The notes under the pieces: model-generated | Database searches by the model: none | What the model was told of the DNA's origin: nothing | What the model saw: only the letters and a program-made list of their open reading frames with translations | DNA from: a virus | Reading direction: 5' to 3' (one strand) | Length of the DNA: 64,000 bases | Virus record (IMG/VR): IMGVR_UViG_3300020045_001434 | Location: 26,929-90,928 of that record | Translations under genes and position numbers: made by a program | In this document: positions 14,001 through 22,900 of the stretch, one piece after another | Layout: each line of letters starts with the position of its first letter | How positions within the stretch are numbered: the stretch's first letter is position 1

Positions 14001-16907
14001 TGCCCCATTAGACATATGTTCTATATCTAATAATTTAGTTTTATCTTTATATTCTGTATGATTATAAAGTATATTACTTTGAGCATTATTATTAAAAGCT
14101 TCTATAACAGATTTAGTAGTATCTTTTATAGTATTATTTATCTGAGTATCATCATTTAAAATATTTTTTAAATCTTTAATAGACTTGATAGAACCATCTC
14201 TATAAATACCATTCTTTACAAGTAATGGAAAATAGAATTTACTATCATCAGTTATTTCAGATTCTGATTTAGCTACAATATTACCTAATTTATCTACCCA
14301 ACCTATTTCATTTAATAGATTTTTATAAGATACAAACATACCATTTTCATCAGTAAGAAAATGTTTAAGTCCAAACTTAGCATTTTGAATTAAGTAAGAA
14401 GCAGTTGAATCAGATGATGGAGTTGCCCATATACCTTTAAGAGAATTAGCTACAGCAATTAAGTCAGAAGTTAAGTCTGTAATCTTATCATAAGCTAAGC
14501 CAACACCATTATTTTTATTTTGTAAACCGCTATAACTTTCAGTACGAAGATTCTTTAAAAATTCTCCATTAACTCCAGTTACTTGTTGTTTACCTGATTC
14601 ATCAACTTTAAAATCAAATAAACCTATACCTGAATGATTCCATAAAAAGTCATTATGTTCAAGAATAGGACTATTAGTAAAATCTTTAAAATATAATTCA
14701 GCAGCAGCTTGGTCTATAGTTCCATTTGTAGGAGTAATTACTTTAGCAAAATCAGTCCAATAAGATGGTTTATGTGCCGACCATTCCATTTCTCTATTTG
14801 CATTACTATAAGATAGATTTATAGCATTAAAATATTTGAGAGCATTGTAATTAGCTAATTCTCTAAAACTTCCTTGCTCTTTAAAATACTTTTGAAATTT
14901 ATATTTTAGTTTAGCATCTTCTTTAAGATTCTTATATGCTGGAACAAATTTAGAACCATATTTCATAGTTACTAAATCTTGAGTTATATAATTAAGTTTA
15001 TCCATTATAAATGAAAACTCACTTCTATATAATTCTGATAGTTGAGAATCTTCTAATTGAGATGTAAAAGAATCTTTATCAGTAGCTAATGTTTTACCAG
15101 TTTTAAGTTGAATAGCTTGAAGTATATCTTTCATAGATATAACTGATTCAAGTTTAAGCTTACTTAATCTATCTTGAATCCATTCATATTTTTCTAATAT
15201 AGTTCTATTATTAAAATTAGTAGATTCTATATTTTTGGCAATACTATCAGTTCTATTAAAACCATGTTTAGGAGTACTAGATAAAATATCTTCTAAATAA
15301 TTAGAAGTATTTTCAAATGTAATCTGAGTACGTGAAACTAAACTTTCATAAGATATATTTTCAGCTTTGGAATTATAATTATTTTGAGTTCCACCTAAAG
15401 TAATACTACCATCAGGTTTAGTAAAAATAGTCATAGTTTTACTAATAGTAACTGGTAAGTTAGTACTAGCATAAAAACCATTCCATATAGCTTCATTAGT
15501 TTTTAATAGTTCTATAAATGAAGTTAATACTCCACCTAATTGATTTTGATTTACACTTTCTAATGTAGATATTTTTTGTTCTCTAGTAGTATTATTTGTA
15601 ACAGTACTAATAAATAAATTCCATACATCATCAATTGTAACAGGTTCTGATACACCAAATCTACTTTCTAAATCATTAGTATTTATAATAGATTCTAATG
15701 CAGCAGTATTCATATGTTGAGATAAAACAAATTTTATCTCTTGCATAACATTACGTTTTTGGTCAATCTTTAAAGCAGCTGCTCCACCATATTGAGCTCT
15801 AGATATTTCTGTTTTGATTTCATTACCATTATCATCAAAATCATCTATTTCTACTATACTATCTACACTATTAATATGAATACCATATTTTTGTAGTTGT
15901 ACTAGCATAGCATCATAAATAAATGGTCTAGTATTATTTTTATTTACTGTAAATAGACGTTCTAAAAGTAAATTATATTCAGCTTTTAAATCATTTATTT
16001 TATTAGCATACATTTTATTAGTTTCAGCTGAATTATTTCCGCTTAATTCTTTTTGCCATGTAGTTACTAAATTATCTCTAAATTCAGATATTTTAGTTTT
16101 AATAAATAAATCTATAGTTCTTTGTTGTAATTCAGTAGATAAACCTTTTTGTTTCTTATCGAATATTAATTGAAATTTATCATAATCTTTTAATATAATT
16201 GAAGCAACTAATTTACTAGCAAATTGAATTGTAGCACTATCATATTCACTTCCTAGTATAGAAGCTTTTCTAGTACTTACATCTAACATTTGATTATCAA
16301 ATAAGATATTATCTTTAGAACTAAACATCGAACCTTGTGATGTTAAAATAGAGTTACTATTTAAAGCAACTCTAGAAGTAATTTGAGAAGTATAATATAC
16401 ATTCTCTAATTTTAGAAATATAGTTTTGTTTGAAAGAATATTACTAATAAGATTATCAGAAGTAATATTTAGACTAGTAGCCAATTCATCTAATTGTAAT
16501 TTAGAATCAAATTGTACTAAATTAGTATTAGTAAGTTCATCTATATTAGAAGTTGTAAATACTTCTTTAGATGAAATACTAATTTTGGAAGGTTCATAAA
16601 GTTCATCTAAAACAGGAGTAATAGATGATTCTAAAACATTAATATCATCATTATAAAGTTTATTAAATTTGGCAATATCAAGAGTATTCATAGTTCCAAA
16701 CTTTACACGTTGTAAAAGTTTCCAATCTCCAAATACTGATTTAAAAGATTCAGAGTTATACGAATTGTATAACTCTTTAGTCTTTGTCCTTAACTCTACA
16801 CCTTTCAATCCGCTAGATTTTAATTGATTGTTTAGTGTTGTAAATAACGTACTATCCACATATCCAGTGCTATTGAATACTTGTGGAATTGTGCTACATT
16901 TAGCCAT
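2037..16907 (-). CDS. Giant virion-packaged DNA-dependent RNA polymerase (crAss-like), 4956 aa, with a long C-terminal extension
   Basis: TRIPHEGMQS...RTGWDYDIDTIYIY catalytic loop (DxDxD at 10947-10961). Located among the large cargo genes after the tail stabilization gene, as in crAss-like phages. Confidence 0.85.
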   Translation of the reverse strand: MAKCSTIPQVFNSTGYVDSTLFTTLNNQLKSSGLKGVELRTKTKELYNSYNSESFKSVFGDWKLLQRVKFGTMNTLDIAKFNKLYNDDINVLESSITPVLDELYEPSKISISSKEVFTTSNIDELTNTNLVQFDSKLQLDELATSLNITSDNLISNILSNKTIFLKLENVYYTSQITSRVALNSNSILTSQGSMFSSKDNILFDNQMLDVSTRKASILGSEYDSATIQFASKLVASIILKDYDKFQLIFDKKQKGLSTELQQRTIDLFIKTKISEFRDNLVTTWQKELSGNNSAETNKMYANKINDLKAEYNLLLERLFTVNKNNTRPFIYDAMLVQLQKYGIHINSVDSIVEIDDFDDNGNEIKTEISRAQYGGAAALKIDQKRNVMQEIKFVLSQHMNTAALESIINTNDLESRFGVSEPVTIDDVWNLFISTVTNNTTREQKISTLESVNQNQLGGVLTSFIELLKTNEAIWNGFYASTNLPVTISKTMTIFTKPDGSITLGGTQNNYNSKAENISYESLVSRTQITFENTSNYLEDILSSTPKHGFNRTDSIAKNIESTNFNNRTILEKYEWIQDRLSKLKLESVISMKDILQAIQLKTGKTLATDKDSFTSQLEDSQLSELYRSEFSFIMDKLNYITQDLVTMKYGSKFVPAYKNLKEDAKLKYKFQKYFKEQGSFRELANYNALKYFNAINLSYSNANREMEWSAHKPSYWTDFAKVITPTNGTIDQAAAELYFKDFTNSPILEHNDFLWNHSGIGLFDFKVDESGKQQVTGVNGEFLKNLRTESYSGLQNKNNGVGLAYDKITDLTSDLIAVANSLKGIWATPSSDSTASYLIQNAKFGLKHFLTDENGMFVSYKNLLNEIGWVDKLGNIVAKSESEITDDSKFYFPLLVKNGIYRDGSIKSIKDLKNILNDDTQINNTIKDTTKSVIEAFNNNAQSNILYNHTEYKDKTKLLDIEHMSNGAYKYLAIVNSPAVNELISNNLESDNPDTYEKALSDIYRYLLNLPKQDVISKNKEFISKFYDNTMLYLPSMSGVTPFLPFELVFNNGVRDSIIHAADLITLKSNVQSYLDNPAKLIANNHELKKAYEQNYKSSKPIAALKRTIMGEVVSMQIASKGMLQYQYAFTESGTRYVKSISLQDGIQEKGDAGTLHNVRDFNGKFTKSKYDNNNNGKEIKGKAIILDKGLPTGQVFKFLRMSFNSNGKKITLEDYAKKYLGSESTQLDLIALVNRLTKETHPIIVNSKTDSDGNYSNIIPVNEYNKLSTEQKASYMTAKLLNEDIQLAKTVFDNIVYEFIDGYIENNQKYMIDNTQGIAKDLMMMITDTIPPYVPGTSELEINKGKTGANIISTHKTILTLEEQDTNDSTKQDDYSRTKDKEVIAQYNKAMMESFINDYITSINVGEDLLYGRQYEYKHFDDINKRVSEIIRSGITNMDTETYSSVTVEDVWTASNMLDELSNAKGLSKEFLMAQYGDAIEVGNGLSFITVEEFIKRAKSTNHYKGMKKYIDALTDPKTALNPSDFYTIVEQLKYFMYSRQTETNGLFTGNVSSYQEKNSTMVLFPKLFIGTKLEVLTQFMNDNKIDQINFKSSSKLSVPTFRLHDIFTKVDTETGNRISNGYELRTKEVDGIQTIDTTINGKPVNMQDYVIRFKRNNLRIQQEQVSHTMEKRGKISTQANKKTDVNLNNDSIFEVNGVPYKGRTNNYEEGKRGLFENRHAALHHILAEGRDRLIYSFGAMKNGKILHDGKGDILIDTDKVRQIIRRYYANNEDISLMEAFSAMENSNDKLMSLNHPTIKGVIENILQASITNSNVNLELPQIHGTILPDVFMQPIDYKYGEKDIEGFDSINEYRTKGMMSMTDEFIAEQQDKLNWELRAERPDPNNPSKNLPAEIVLNIWDSRFDKYATYEYVTDNKGVVNKIRKIDINKIPKESRTVYATRIPHEGMQSSFVAEVVGFMNNSSSQIMVPKHLSKRTGWDYDIDTIYIYTRHLYERADGQLYPISYEYDINPKNKDIHNTETNKRINYVKTYFLNEYNNLELARKALIFKARDEYKSKLEDLHDDALNTTRDILDEIRDNPNDSKYKEVISKIRDITQDHTSSIVDVVDKYDNALDDTYNKEYDEFLLELQDAIERTLDPSNKTTIKDFLESKDLTSAQTKNLLFLLAKEKSVGNKVLTEDLNNQIESINNDYDNKVSDFLMSKEVSDGYNQLPVLQQMTKETRENMIIDSLMARVISEDSNIFREKVNEFNNISKVSQGINNEMGISNSTLNFTNILDRNRITSLNKTVAELKGIVIASQNTYSLLGVVNANVSNEFAIPIVITESEMPTGDIHEHRKVLNELIGDENKSWLYQPATETSEARYVIFNSHLANNKSNSWKNIQGQYITEQSSEIAANVLDAVKEKMGHNINGTTSGVLDLLANLPVSHNTNLYSKDNSRTPNSFAYSNLIIHQPIVSKFISLINESKRSDSYADKNKAYRNIVNNTRVSILNNLNNISLLTGKLTTNPQAISILDLFIHKTSVTVSTSSNNPEDIKARAISAKVDKWKKAMINGEQIFMYDTTGISTDIVFSELIKFAKDTDNLKANLYSFINDISDADTQLQIETLFEENQSQIQSLFDNLKVSEFTNTSVFTTDKGKIKITDENAYKSIDELHDIYTNSIKNGTYNMDVSQHEDTKSIIDYVNFLDEQISIFKLYQQYDKTSNLITKSSLVLRTDKLGTSPDSYTTIKLISDMANLYIDYSEFESQLTEAGFSIKEKQNIKYLYDSTNSLSGKEEILKEVIEEYNSIFKIGEHEDSELRKGKFAIDSNSDIKNFAQVKLSIPKSGLKVGDKTLMESVFPNVVKGTLADDYDFTKSSLPYFESQFVNNYHFSTKLFSKILLSSNPNMNALVTGIVAELGLSGNMYSKSSKNIYKRILDTVIAEHIYDSVPFFNGNSNSPLMRSIERLRVVGKVVPVENAVRDGQTTTPTSSIFSDIKVDTQNLSLQEYRNLSVANQVYLLKNHINNFTSKYNINDKNNITDLLELFDPKLEKNNLLKNGYHKLDMSNTSKDIAKLQQTFRNMFFNENPFLRQTARDLVRYSFYFNGLAWGINVSKIIDPSLFTTKSKEYDIISAQVESEKNNPYAYNTFAEEDNLEHNRLYKTNEALLDLESKYEQMNDDELDKDSIELWTKYLKSQLHGDKSISPVVNKFGNALALGFNSGIYAAKAYPIIVQELEANDTSYISRYKYVSTTIPEISNTKVMVLERYDIPGSTNVYYFPVTKSLPYEFATQDEQTQDSTVIAKYKGDNESEQYYKDLIHIYDNSQTKSEPRKSSLLYNVVESKTTNFLGETVNKDIYTYNNLITKSNKSHSETAKDIIDSVDKVIYIGENSIYKSNFKSDKTIYTTLDKLNHEFFKTINLTEDDNIAIVGDSISDSKYTQEQYDTAIIPFVRNMSMLYRFNSIKTIFKMGVGESIYKANITSNKSNEYIEIGVKDNIRRSSILDQSHLTKNIINASTMDINNFREKQLEIASIAKTLFDELKRENNTRPDQFSLAITDMQNTLERMTETDNQLNAIDDAMASNIQLLHKIIEYIQTDFIQFNKPDGTVERVNVLQLQIGKYMNSNNAGYKSQIAAKLYDYKKMFYAADKILAISNINVPNITSEEYALLDDENKIEVDKLFKWVKAFNRTIENIRLDIPKDGSGAPLYGNFLNVDDIKTGKAIDYLNTAISAKVQEYMAHIVFPYSRNGKYNNLTRYGKIKEYNESLNTIPDAKLSTDLSPEELSDLYIHVMQYNDDITTTQSLLDSMGQTGVGLLDNSMFMMSEIRLEVQGKRNDRIVQLQDMLKKYEDTLKQGTKLEYNKSRESYIRSKFVNHRTGNLLSEYDWKKIDDDIKMFNAAKSKYIDVAQLYKAGRSYASEITLKYDYVFKGSNIGDTFSPFSVTKKSTIDTTSYPATYIENSIGRMKQLSKEQLKGFLEDSKFVDASLDNNFNYYKLVTIESEGSSHDVILKLDKSDDYTNKDLNSKSNNVLIQVDNEFVGIKDLYAKTASHYAKDIDSLDENKLGYYENIDRQHPDGSDNEMYKQIMQVYISQSLWANKELKTKFEKRHHIVINDGDLISKFDTKSYYKTINYMYTTPEFTGITIQKVIPISKYESAEYSVLSEQEKLFLRDTKRLIQNIVAEVFPDKIFDEDFTPYVFMSTSHSIGDIFKKFIGWTNIQEEHIETDVFNNKRWFYQSRYVTAPDVKHIINIRYKTHEESQKEYQVDVVNKANEKLQEFKNKGVEVGVERFDRLEDVLAYNAVVKEKFAAKMQNKMNYDIPSVLNALIEELYNIKSYSDFKQIYNLVRNEVGSENFKARVRDSAGKDYLDKTRTMLSNTLKNKDIVYATKSGKDTQTYKSYNKFDEVISLKSNTSNLFDQILGSGMRLTSMNTMWFNFHSGVKNVSKGMADLFIEYQGGEYANRKEFGKGFNTYMSNISTIIANVHNNDPNAMPNQFVAIIKRMSDIYHDHTEGAIDRETRGSASKFIDVADMLAYMPTITGEHMLQYTTLFTLMHSHRFVDGAIMSREEFIGDVKYQIYKEILPTKLLESLDEFIKTEKSKSKDKFSYTDHAKVWAEMNHRSIPKEVIAKFNEIYDTRRKEASNKFDTKYTKVLDMYKFEETGEGIGKLVVDPLITSQVEAYFIDRVKYLNQSIHGIYNTLDKGALQATMLGQVAFQFRKWMRPTWIRYMGVKYSINPLARGTNQPHDEALNHYRSGAFTDTMKFFKQPFLAEYYKAKDAHIKNPALKAFVDIFKAYGDFFHNYKFLYNNLSPVERANLKRTAYMFVNLTIITGLLFLVGKGYDPDDEDDSVLKPYSSLVNLVSGLQTEYVDMLPYYGWAKFYKRTKQSTVPMERQIGSISNLIYDTFAYPWRDESERVYSRGMYAGQSKIGIDIEKSIPGYRQWHKQVYLNSSISYYGMYNPIVNAAQ

Positions 16908-16933
16908 AAGTTTTTGTTTGTTTGTTTATTTAA

Positions 16934-19900
16934 TTAGCAAAGTATTTCGTTGTTATCATCTCTATGATTTGCTTTCTCTGTAAAGATAAACTTATTATCT
17001 GACATAACCAAATCTGAACTTAAAATAGTTGAAGCCCTAGGTTTCCTTTGAGGTCTAACTTTTTCAGTTACTATTGGTTCAGTAATATCAGTAGTTTCAG
17101 TTGTTACTGTAGGAGTTACTTTAATAGTTTCATTTAATTGACTATAATAATCAGATAATATATCTTTAGCTATCTTAGTATAGTTTTCATTTGATACTTT
17201 AAAGTTATAACTAGAACCTAAAGCATTCACAATATTATTATACATTTTAATAATATAATCTATAAATTTATCTAAGAATGTTTCATTAGTTGTTTCTCTT
17301 TCATATTTATAAGAAGGTTTAACAACACTTAATACACTCATAATATATGGATTAGTCATATATGTAAATAACTCTTGAGCCATTTGATCACTAACAAATT
17401 CAGTATTATCTCCTTTTTTAGATATTCTTTCTAATTCATTTTTTACTTGACCTATAAAACCAGTAATAGTACTTTGTACAAATGTAATATCTTCTGTACC
17501 AAATATTTTTAATAGTTCATTAGCTGCTGCAACATTTGGTACTAAATCAGATTTGTAAAAATACTTATTAAAGTCATTTTCAAAAGATTCTATAAATTCA
17601 GATACTAGATTATTGTTTTTAGTAATTAAAGCTTTTTTAGCTATATCATCTAATTTAGAAAATTCAGTTATAGAAGTTAGAATAGCATGATAATGTTCAT
17701 GTATCATAGTAACAAAAGGATTATACATAAGATTCTTACTTTTGGCAGTTGCTATAAATCTATCTCTGTATGTCAATCTAAAATTAATAGTAGATGGTGA
17801 TACTGATACAGGAACTATATCTGCTAATGTGTCAGCAACATTTCGTTCACCATAATTTTCAATAGTAACATCTTCTTTAATTTCATCTCCTAATATTCTT
17901 TGAAGTTCTATAACTCCATTAGCTAAAGGTAATACTTCAGGATTAGTATATTGAATTAAATTAGATACAATAGCAATAGGATTTTCTATAATACCTTTTT
18001 GTATAGATGTAACATTTACTAAATCAATTCCTATTTTTAATCCTGCTCCATTTATTAAATCCAAATTACTAAGATTTTTAATATTACCATTTGAATCTTT
18101 ACGAGTAATAACATCTACATTATTATATAAACCATCAGTATCTAAAGCATATTTAATAGCTCCATTAGATGTTTCATTATTATATTCTACTCCAGTAATA
18201 GGGTCAATGAATGTAGATTCATTATTAGCGAATATCATTTTACCTTTTTCATCATATTTATTCTGACGTAATAGATTATTTATAGGTTTATATACTTCAT
18301 GATTTAAAACACTATTTATAAAATCATCACTATAATTAGCAACAGCTTTATCAATATTATCATTCATACTAGATATATCAACATTTACATTATTCAAATC
18401 TCCTAATGCTGAACTAATAGCTTTATTATAAGATTCTTTATCTAATATACCATTTTTAGTATATTTTGCTGCTAACTTAATTGGATTTATTGTTAGATTA
18501 TATGCTTTAAATTCTTTACCTCTAACACCTAATTCTTCTGTAATAACTATTTTATGAAATATAAATTCATCTACTCCAAAAGCTGTAGTTTCAGGATTTA
18601 AACTTTTAAATTTAATAGTTTGTTCTAATGAAAGTCCATCTTTAGATTTAAAAATATCATGAGAAAAATAAGGGTATGATGCTGAGTCATTAGAACCTTG
18701 TCCTATAATAATAATATTAGCTAATCCTGATTGAGATATAGATTCTTTAAGTGTAGTAGATATAGTATCACGTCTATCTTGAACTTCAGTTGCTGCGCTA
18801 CGAATGTCATTGTCCCTCGCTCCTACTTGGTATGTATAAGCTGGACTAACTAATTCATTAACTTGTTTGATATTATCTAAAATAGTTTTAGTAACCCATT
18901 TAATAGCTTTAGGATTACCAGTACTGGTTTTATTATAATCAGCACCATCTCCTACATTAGTATAACTCTTTTCTAATGTATTAGTCTTTAATGGAAAATG
19001 AGATACTCTACCATCAGTACTAGGGATAAGCATATACATACCTTCTTTACCTGATTGGTATATCTTAGATAATTCAAAATCATTATATATTTCTCCAGTT
19101 TCAGCATTCTTTAAAATACCATTTTTATATATAATAATTGGGACACTACTTTTACCATTAACTACAGATTGTGTGATACTATCTTTAATAGATTTAAACT
19201 TTGCTTTATTAGGTTTAATTAATATAGATGGCATTGATATTTCAGATATAGCAGCTTTACTAGTTTTTGATTCAGCAAGTAAAGATTTTGTGTTATTATA
19301 CTTATCTAATTTATCTTTAGTAATAGTATCAAAATTATTAATATTATTTGTAATAGTATTATAAGAAGGTTTAAAAGAATCTATATAATTAATATGTTGA
19401 CCATAAAACATTATATTTAATACAGCTTCAATTGTAGGAATATTATGTTCTAACGTTGCATTATTATCTTTATTAGTTATATTAAACAAGTCTATAAGTT
19501 CTCTAATAGAATTAAATATTTCAGAATCAGTATTTTGAATATCTTTAATAGCTTGATAATACCTATCTTTAGAATATTGTTTATCCTTATCACTTCTATT
19601 AGTTGAATCTTTAGTTAGTTTATGTTTATATAATTGTTTTAAAGATTCTAATATACTTAAATCAGTATTAGCAAATTTAGTTTGTAATAAAGTTTTAAAT
19701 CTAGGATTATCAATCAAATCTTTAAATCCTTTATAATCATCGTTATTATTTACTAAAGTCAAATCTCCATAGTTATTAGCTATATTAGACATAATAGCTA
19801 TAGGTATTGGGAGTAAATCATGTATAACTTCTATTTCGTTTTTACTATTTAATTGTAAAGTTATATTATCATTAGATTTAATTTGAGATATAACATCATA

Positions 19901-22900
19901 AATAGTATTAGATTCTTCAGTTATAACTCCATCAATCATTTCAACATCTAAGGCTGTAGGATTAATTTCAGTGTATATTAAAGAAGTATTTTCTAATTGT
20001 TCAGTAGAATATTCGTTTAATACTTTAGATATATAATTACTACTATCAGATTTATTATATTTACTATCAATATTAATAGCATTAAATTGATTTAGTAAAT
20101 GATAATATCTACTACGATTATCATATCTAGCGCCTTCAATATTAGCATCACTCCATTCAATATATTCTCTAATCTCACCTTTACGATAAGGCATTAAATA
20201 ATTAGGATTTTCAACTTCACGATTTATAGTTTGTTTACCTTTAGGAGTATCAATTGTCTCGGTAGTAGTTATTAATTTATCAGTATCAATATAAACATTA
20301 TTCCCACTATTAGTTCTTTCAATAGCTAATATATTATTTAATTGATAGTTTAAATCATTTTTAATAGCTTCAAATATATTAGGTAATGTAGCTAATAATT
20401 TATTTAAATCTTTAGGTTGTTTATTAGTATTAGCTTCTGAATCATTTTGAATATTATAAGAATCTATCACAATAGTAATAACATCTTTGAATGTAAGTTC
20501 ATATTCATTATTATAAGTTTTATACTTTTTAAAATCTAATAATTTTTGAACTAATAAAACTTTATCATTAATACTAGATAAAAGACTATCATATTTCTCT
20601 ACAGATAACGAAGCATTATTAATAAGTCCTAATATTTCACCAGATAAAACCCTAAGTTTAGGACTACTATTTTCAAGTATTGAAGCTGCTTTAGAAGTTA
20701 AACCTTTATGAGTATTTAATAATTGAAGTTCATTATTATTAAATATATCTTGCAAATAAGGTTTAATATTAGCAAATTCTTCATTAGCATTATAAGAAGT
20801 ATTACCTTTTTGAATATAAATTTTAGATAAATCTTCAACAGCTGCTTTAGTAAACATAACATCCCATAGTTGTTCAAATGTCCATCTATATTGAGAATCT
20901 AGAACTACTCCTTCAAGACTCTTTTGTTGAATGTAATTAGACACTAAAAACTCATATAATTTACTAATAACTAAACCATTAGTTCCATCAATATTATTAG
21001 TAAAACTAAATACACCACCAATCATAGACCTAAGATTTTTAAGTCCTTGATTTTGGTCAGCATCAGATTTAGATATTACATTATTGATTAAATCTAATAC
21101 ATCTGTATATCGTTTAGATAAATCATTTAATCCAGTAGTAGTTTTTAAATCTATACTTTCAGGGTCTTTAATACCTAACTTAGTTTTTAATGGTGTAATA
21201 CCATCCGCAGCTATACCATCGAAAGCACTATCTGATGGTTTGAAAGTTATTATAGAATTATCATTTTGAGTATCATAAAATATTTCTCCACGATTATTAG
21301 CTATTTGAACATTACTAAGAGCTTTAGTATTAATCATTTTATTAGCTAAACTAGCAGGTTCTATTTTAGATATTTCTACTATAGATTTAGTACTAGCATT
21401 ATTATAAGTTACATCAATTGGAATAATACCAACTTCAACAATATTAATATCTATATTAGGAATAAGTTTCTTTAATAAATAAGCATAAGTGTTTACTTGT
21501 GTAACAAATTTAGATAGATTAGATACTCGACTAAAGAATTTATTAGTTTTAAGTTGTTTAGATGTTTTTATATCGTATATATAGACATTATTGTTACTGT
21601 CTAATAATAGTAAGTCAATAGTCCCTGCAACCCCTGACAGCTTGTCAAATAGCTTTATATTTGATGCTAGTACTTTTAAACCTTTAGCATTAAATTGTTG
21701 CTCTAAGCTCTCTAAATAGCTTATAAAATTATCGAATACTTCATTATTTGTAAAACCATAACTACTATTACTTTTAAGATTAGTTTTATCAGTAAAGAAA
21801 TCTCTAATTAAAATATCAACTTGATTACCTACATCACTTCCTCTATCATGTTTATTAGATTCAGAAAATGCTTGTCGTTCTTCAACAGACATTTCATCCA
21901 TTTTTAAACTACTAGCACTAGATGTATTTTGAACAGTTTCTCCTTTATAATTATATTTATGAGTAGCTTCATTAAATTCAATACTATTAGATAATTTTTC
22001 TATAGCTCTTGAAAGTTCTGTATCTACAAATTTTCCTGGAAGTGTTTTACTTACATTATTAATATTTACATCAGTGTCTTTTCCATTAATCTCAAGTATA
22101 ACAAATTTGTTACCTTTAAAACCTTTAATTGGATAAGTAATTTGTGTCATACCTTTACCAGACTTAGCATAAACATTATCTCCAACATTAAAAGATTCAT
22201 TATTATTAGATAATGTTGTAACTATATTTGTAGCATCCCCAGTAGAGGCGAGGGTAGAGGAGATTCGTTGCTCAACTTCAACTTCACTTGTTACAATAGT
22301 TTCAGATTCAACTGGTATATTTTCTTCAGTAGTAATTTCAGGTTTAATAATAGTTTCTTGAACATTACTAACATTAGAATCTTTTTCACTATCATTCTTA
22401 ATAGTTGCTACAAATTCTCCTTTACGTTTTTCAGCAAGATTTCTAATAGTTTCTGATACAGTAATTTGTTCTTTAGAACCTAGTTTATTTATCTTACTAT
22501 CAAGATTTTTATTGTTAGATACATAACTACTTAATAAAGTATCAACGTCTTCTTTAGTTTTAGTCTTAGCTAGTTCAGATTGAAAATCAGATATAAATCT
22601 ATCATTCTGAGATTCTATAGCAGCTTTATAAGCTTTTTGTTCATTAGCTAAACCATCTTTAGAGTTATAATATTTTATATCAGATTCTAAAGAATTATTT
22701 TCATTACGTAAAACTTCAACTAAACTAGACTTATCTGTAAATATATTTCTAGCTTGTTTTTCAGTATTTAGTATATGGTCAACATCATCTTTATAAGATT
22801 CTTTATTAGGTAATGAATTTATAGTTTGTTCATGTAAAGCATTAGTATCAAGAACTTGTTTTTGTTTATTAGCTATATCTTTATCAATAGCTAATAATAT

